Assembly (NCBI GenBank): GCA_038885755.1
Contig: JAVZZH010000004.1
Coordinates: 32,001 to 96,000 of the forward strand
Origin: Candidatus Caldarchaeum sp.
Lineage (GTDB): Archaea > Thermoproteota > Nitrososphaeria_A > Caldarchaeales > Caldarchaeaceae
DNA: 64,000 nucleotides
Reading direction: 5' to 3'
Positions 59,779-64,000 of this stretch are shown here, one piece after another (within the stretch, counting starts at the first letter, position 1; each line of letters starts with the position of its first letter). Below the pieces are notes generated by a model. The model made no database searches. It saw only the letters and a program-made list of their open reading frames with translations, and was not told the DNA's origin. A program made the position numbers and the translations under genes.

Positions 59779-60063
59779 ATGACCGAGCTGGCCGATAGAG
59801 TGGTCGAGAGTTTGAAGAGGCTCAGAGACCCCGTCTCCGGAGCTCCGGCCATATTTCTAGAATCGTCGGTGGAGGTGAGAGACCTAGGCGGCGGAGTTGT
59901 GTTGATTCTGTACGTCTGCAGAGACCCTTACTCGCCCAACGTCTTAACGTATGCCGAGGCTGCGAAGACGCTGGCAAGCAGATGTGAGGGGGTTAGGAAA
60001 GTCATCGTAGAGGTTAGGAACCACGTTCTGGCGGATTTCATCAACTTGAGGCTCAGCACATAA
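59779..60063 (+). CDS. DUF59/SufT-like protein
   Basis: LKRLRDPVSG, PYSP and VEVRNH segments resemble the Fe-S assembly DUF59 fold. Confidence 0.55.
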   Translation: MTELADRVVESLKRLRDPVSGAPAIFLESSVEVRDLGGGVVLILYVCRDPYSPNVLTYAEAAKTLASRCEGVRKVIVEVRNHVLADFINLRLST

Positions 60064-60108
60064 CTCGCCGCCTTCAACATATTTAAACCAGCGTTGACCG
60101 GGTTAGGC

Positions 60109-61302
60109 ATGGCGGCTAACCCAAACCTGTTCGGCGATAGAACAATACTGATGATACCGGGGCCCTCCGAGCTCCATCCCGAGGTGATGAAAGTTCTAGC
60201 CACTCCGATAGTGGCCCACTACGGCCCCGACTGGGCTCCTGTCTACGAGGACGCCGTCAAGCTTGCCGCATCGATCTTCAAGACAAAGGCTGAAGTGTTC
60301 ATGATGCCTGCACCGGGGACGGTGGCGCTCGAGACCGGAGTGGCGAGTTTGCTCGAGCCGGGGGAGAAGGCGGTGGCGGTCGTCAACGGATATTTCGGGC
60401 AGAGGCTTGCCGAGGTCGCCGAGCTTGTGGGTGCGGATGTTGTCAGAGTATCGGCTGAGGAAGGAAGCGTCGTAGCGCCGAATAAACTAGACGAGGTTCT
60501 AAAGGCTCACCGAGATGCCAAGGCCGTCCTAGCCGTCCAAAACGAGACTTCGACAGGCGTTGTCAACCCCGTTAAGGAATATTCGAAGATAGCCGTTGAA
60601 AGGGGTTGTCTTTTCCTGCTTGACGCAATATCTTCGTACGGAGGTGTGGAGCTTGATTTCGACGGTTGGGGTCTCGACTACTGCGTCGGCTACGCTAACA
60701 AATGTCTGGGAAGCATACCGGGAACGGTGCCCGTGGCGGTCAGCGAAAAGGCTTGGGAAGCCTTCCGGAAGAGGAAGACAAAGCCACGTTCATTCTTCAC
60801 AAACCTAGGCGTTTGGAGGTACTACATGGACCAGTGGAAGGGCATAGGCCATCCATACCCGACGACGATAAGCCCCCACGCTGTCCTATGCTTCAGAGCC
60901 GCTGCAAAGGCGGCGCTCGACGAGGGGCTTGACGAAAGATACAGGCGTCACATCCGAGTTGGAGCCGCCTTCAGGAAAGCGATCAGGGCTATGGGGCTGG
61001 AGACTTTGCCGGCGGAGGACGTCGCCTCGCCCACAGTGACGGCTGTGGCGCTGCCGAGCGCAGTATGGAAGGATAGTGGAAAGATAAACCAGATAATGCT
61101 GAGGAAGCACAGAATAATGATAGGAGCCGGCATCTCTTCCCTGAGCGGCAAGATTATACGAGTCGGCCACATGTGCGTCACAGCCAGCTCCAGGTACATC
61201 ATCCCGACGCTCGCAGCCTTGAGGGATACGTTCAAAGAGCTGGGCATCAGCCTGAACGACGGAACAAACGTCTTCGCCGAGGAGATATCGGGGAGGGCTT
61301 AG
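60109..61302 (+). CDS. Class V aminotransferase (alanine-glyoxylate/serine-pyruvate family)
   Basis: MIPGPS, NETSTGV, DAISSYG, NKCLG and RVGHM motifs. Confidence 0.9.
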   Translation: MAANPNLFGDRTILMIPGPSELHPEVMKVLATPIVAHYGPDWAPVYEDAVKLAASIFKTKAEVFMMPAPGTVALETGVASLLEPGEKAVAVVNGYFGQRLAEVAELVGADVVRVSAEEGSVVAPNKLDEVLKAHRDAKAVLAVQNETSTGVVNPVKEYSKIAVERGCLFLLDAISSYGGVELDFDGWGLDYCVGYANKCLGSIPGTVPVAVSEKAWEAFRKRKTKPRSFFTNLGVWRYYMDQWKGIGHPYPTTISPHAVLCFRAAAKAALDEGLDERYRRHIRVGAAFRKAIRAMGLETLPAEDVASPTVTAVALPSAVWKDSGKINQIMLRKHRIMIGAGISSLSGKIIRVGHMCVTASSRYIIPTLAALRDTFKELGISLNDGTNVFAEEISGRA

Positions 61303-61673
61303 CGTCTCCTCTGAATGTAGGACGCTACTGTTATGGCTGCTTGAGAGGCCAGCAGCCCGTCGTAGGCCCAGAGGCTGAACAGGTAGGCTGCGAACTCGGC
61401 GTAGGTCGTGCCGAACTCCGGCGCGGTGAGTATGTCGCCTAGAAAAACAGCAAGCTTCCCAACACCCCAGAAGACCCCTACGTTGGCCGTCCTCCTCCAC
61501 GCAGCGAGAGCAGCTGCTAGAAGGACGGCGTCTAGGAACGTGAACACCATCAAACCGTATGCATGGCTTGGAGCGACGGTCCACAGCTCGGCATCGGTGA
61601 GCAGCAGAACCAAGCTGAACAGGATCGAGGATGATAGAGCAAGGACGACGTATACGTATCTCACCGCACTCAC
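61299..61673 (-). CDS. Hypothetical membrane protein
   Basis: 124 aa with about four TM segments; GTG start overlaps the cupredoxin stop. Confidence 0.6.
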   Translation of the reverse strand: MSAVRYVYVVLALSSSILFSLVLLLTDAELWTVAPSHAYGLMVFTFLDAVLLAAALAAWRRTANVGVFWGVGKLAVFLGDILTAPEFGTTYAEFAAYLFSLWAYDGLLASQAAITVASYIQRRR

Positions 61674-62149
61674 TTCTGAAGAATCTCAATAACTCCCTCC
61701 TGACCTCTGTCCCTGTGGCTGGGCCCCGCTATCGGAGCCACACTGCAGTAGTATTTGAAGGTCCCCGGAAACGAAGCCGTGAACTCGATGACCTGCACCT
61801 GCCCCCTCCTCAGTCTTTCAGACTTGACGTTGTAGGGTGATGGGCTTTTGTCGTCTAGGACGAAGTCGTGCACCACCGGGCCCGAGCCGTTGCCCACTAG
61901 CGTCAGCCGTATAAGGTCGCCGACGAATGCTCTGATGGTGGGCCCTCCACGGGAGGCGTTGTATCCGTAGTCGTTGAGGTAAAGCGTCAGCTCCACAACC
62001 CTAGGCACTACCGTCGCCGTGGTAGTCTTCGTGACGTCCGGAGCCGTTTGCCGAGTAGGCTCAGTGCCGGTCATGATCAGGAATGCACCAAGGCCAGCTG
62101 AAACAGCGACAGCGATCACCGCCATGACAAGTTTGGACCGCATGGGCAT
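61670..62149 (-). CDS. Membrane-anchored cupredoxin (blue copper protein)
   Basis: N-terminal TM segment, T-rich linker, VHDF and YYCSV...SHRDRGQEG. Confidence 0.82.
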   Translation of the reverse strand: MPMRSKLVMAVIAVAVSAGLGAFLIMTGTEPTRQTAPDVTKTTTATVVPRVVELTLYLNDYGYNASRGGPTIRAFVGDLIRLTLVGNGSGPVVHDFVLDDKSPSPYNVKSERLRRGQVQVIEFTASFPGTFKYYCSVAPIAGPSHRDRGQEGVIEILQK

Positions 62150-62218
62150 CTAAAGCCACCAAGCCATGATTAATTACTTTTTTCCAAAGTATATTTAGAG
62201 GCTTATCGTTTGGTTGTC

Positions 62219-62860
62219 ATGCCCATCCTCAACGAAAACGACCGCAGGGCGGTTAGGAGCAAGCTCAGCGGCATGTCTTCGGAAGTTGTCATGAGGGTTT
62301 TCACTCAGGAGTTTGAATGCCAGTACTGCAGGGATTTGAGGGAGCTGGCGGAGGAGCTGACGGGCCTTGCCAACGGAAAGATAAAGCTTGAGGTCTATGA
62401 TTTTGAGAAGGATAAGCAGGCAGCTGAAAAATGGCGGGTGGACAAGATCCCCGCTCTCCTTCTTCACGGGGAGAAGGAGTTCGGCGTCAGGTATTTCGGC
62501 CTACCGGCTGGGTATGAGTTCGCAGCCCTTCTGGAGGATTTGAACGACGTCAGCAGGGGGAAGTCGAGGCTCTCTCCCTCTACAGTCGAGAAACTGAAGA
62601 AAATAAACAGCCCAGTGCACATACAGGTCTTCGTGACCCCTACGTGTCCCTACTGCCCGAGAGCTGTCAGGACAGCTCACCAGATGGCTTTGGAGAACAC
62701 GCTCATCACCGCGGACATGGTTGAAGCCATAGAGTTCCCCCACTTGGCCAACAAGTACGACGTGATGGCTGTCCCTAAGGTTGTGATCAACGACAGGGTG
62801 ATGTTTGAAGGAGCTCTGCCGGAGCCGCATTTTCTTGATCATGTTCTGATGGCGGTTTAA
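62219..62860 (+). CDS. Protein disulfide oxidoreductase (glutaredoxin-like, two CxxC motifs)
   Basis: CQYC and CPYC motifs, GLPAGYEF and MAVPKVVIN. Confidence 0.9.
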   Translation: MPILNENDRRAVRSKLSGMSSEVVMRVFTQEFECQYCRDLRELAEELTGLANGKIKLEVYDFEKDKQAAEKWRVDKIPALLLHGEKEFGVRYFGLPAGYEFAALLEDLNDVSRGKSRLSPSTVEKLKKINSPVHIQVFVTPTCPYCPRAVRTAHQMALENTLITADMVEAIEFPHLANKYDVMAVPKVVINDRVMFEGALPEPHFLDHVLMAV

Positions 62861-62894
62861 GCCCTAAATCGTTAAAAATAGGCTTCGACTCTGA

Positions 62895-63815
62895 ATGGGC
62901 GGTTTGAAGGCTGTTTGGATGGATGGAGAGCTTGTTCCGTGGGAGCAGGCCAAGATACACGTCTCCGTCAACGCCCTACACTACGGCTCAGCGGTCTTCG
63001 AGGGAATCAGGGGATACTATCACGACAACGAGGTTTACGTTTTCAGGCTGAGGGAGCATGTCAAGAGGCTTGTCGACTCTGCTAAAATCATAATGCTGAA
63101 CAACCCCTTCACAGTCGAACAGCTGGAGCAAGCGGTCATCCGAACAGTCAGGGAAAACGGCTTCAAGTCAAACATCTACATAAGACCTGTCATCTACGCT
63201 GGCGAGAACCTGATGTCTCTAAACGCTTTCGACCTTCCTGTCCACGCGTTTGTGTTAGTCTTTCAGTTTGAGAAATTCTTCTCGAAGCCGGGTCTGAAAG
63301 TATGCGTCTCCTCCTGGCGGAGGCTACCAGACACCTCGATGCCGCCTAGAGCGAAGGCTTCCGCCAACTACCTCAACTCGATCCTAGCCTCCACCGAAGC
63401 CAAGAAAGCAGGCTACGACGAAGCTATTCTCCTCGACCAGTCAGGATACGTCAGCGAGGGAGCTGGTGAGAATGTTTTCCTAGTCAAGGACGGGGTCGTC
63501 CACACGCCTGCGAAGAGTTCAGCGATCCTAGAGGGCATAACCAGGGACTCGGTCATTACTCTGGCCGGCGACATGGGCTACAAGGTCGTGGAGAGAGCCA
63601 TCACTAGGACGGAGCTCTACACCGCCGACGAGATTTTCTTCACGGGAACAGCTGTGGAGATTCTACCGGTGCTGGAGGTTGACGGCCGAACCATCGGGGA
63701 CGGCTCTCCCGGACCCGTCACCAAGCAGCTGATGGAGAAATACTTCAGGACCGTGAGAGGGCTGGAGCCTCAGTACCGTGGATGGCTTACCCCGGTGTAC
63801 GGCAGAGGGCAGTGA
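62895..63815 (+). CDS. ilvE: Branched-chain amino acid aminotransferase
   Basis: LHYGSAVFEGIR, AKASANY, EGAGENVF, LEGITR and TGTAVE motifs. Confidence 0.93.
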   Translation: MGGLKAVWMDGELVPWEQAKIHVSVNALHYGSAVFEGIRGYYHDNEVYVFRLREHVKRLVDSAKIIMLNNPFTVEQLEQAVIRTVRENGFKSNIYIRPVIYAGENLMSLNAFDLPVHAFVLVFQFEKFFSKPGLKVCVSSWRRLPDTSMPPRAKASANYLNSILASTEAKKAGYDEAILLDQSGYVSEGAGENVFLVKDGVVHTPAKSSAILEGITRDSVITLAGDMGYKVVERAITRTELYTADEIFFTGTAVEILPVLEVDGRTIGDGSPGPVTKQLMEKYFRTVRGLEPQYRGWLTPVYGRGQ

Positions 63816-63821
63816 TTGCTT

Positions 63822-64000
63822 ATGGTGTCGTGCCGGGTTTGCGGTGAATCGGTTGCCTACGTCCTTCTAAGAATGGAGATAGCTAGGTGTTCTAAGGGCC
63901 ATGAGTTAGGGACGTGGGTTGCGTGCGGCAACGACAAGGAAAGCCATGTCTACTTGAGGACGGGTGAATCTCCCTGCCCCGTCTGCGGCGTAAACACGTA
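63822..64000 (+). CDS. Zinc-ribbon protein, 3' end outside window
   Basis: Hand translation MVSCRVCGESVAYVLLRMEIARCSKGHELGTWVACGNDKESHVYLRTGESPCPVCGVNT, with CxxC, CxxxH and CxxC motifs. Confidence 0.6.
   Translation, partial: MVSCRVCGESVAYVLLRMEIARCSKGHELGTWVACGNDKESHVYLRTGESPCPVCGVNT

Noticed and set aside
1-64000. Many short antisense or off-frame ORFs; CRISPR arrays, rRNA and IS elements
   Set aside because: The short ORFs are shadows of well-supported genes in a GC-rich genome. No regularly spaced repeats, rRNA signatures or transposases were seen.

Overview
This is a gene-dense 64 kb archaeal chromosomal segment. The LysW-type amino acid pathway, A/V-ATPase subunits, Top6A, archaeal-type ArgRS/TyrRS, TATA-like boxes just upstream of starts and scattered respiratory genes suggest a TACK archaeon, plausibly Aigarchaeota/Caldarchaeales; the taxon is an inference. 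It holds an arginine/lysine cluster (argG, argH, lysK, lysJ, lysX, lysW, lysZ, lysY, lysM), three dispersed complex I/Mrp antiporter-like subunits, four dispersed ATPase subunits, an Opp/Dpp ABC operon, tRNA-Asp(GTC), a class II ribonucleotide reductase and many housekeeping genes. No CRISPR array, rRNA or transposase was seen. The main finding is a 24-nt insert (3427-3450) in a protein-coding gene of the Arg cluster (ArcE arginine synthetase/cDPG-synthetase-like GTPase family). The insert carries an in-frame TAG and folds into a canonical bulge-helix-bulge, and excising it restores the conserved GAAGRD-FHNFN motif, so it is a probable archaeal mRNA intron. Other points: a LysW ending in EDWGQ instead of EDWGE; an unannotated 49-aa signal-peptide-like ORF between a V4R protein and a tandem Lrp regulator, in a block separating nuoL from nuoM; and a top6A-phosphoesterase-SWIM operon. 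All family assignments come from motif recognition, not database searches.
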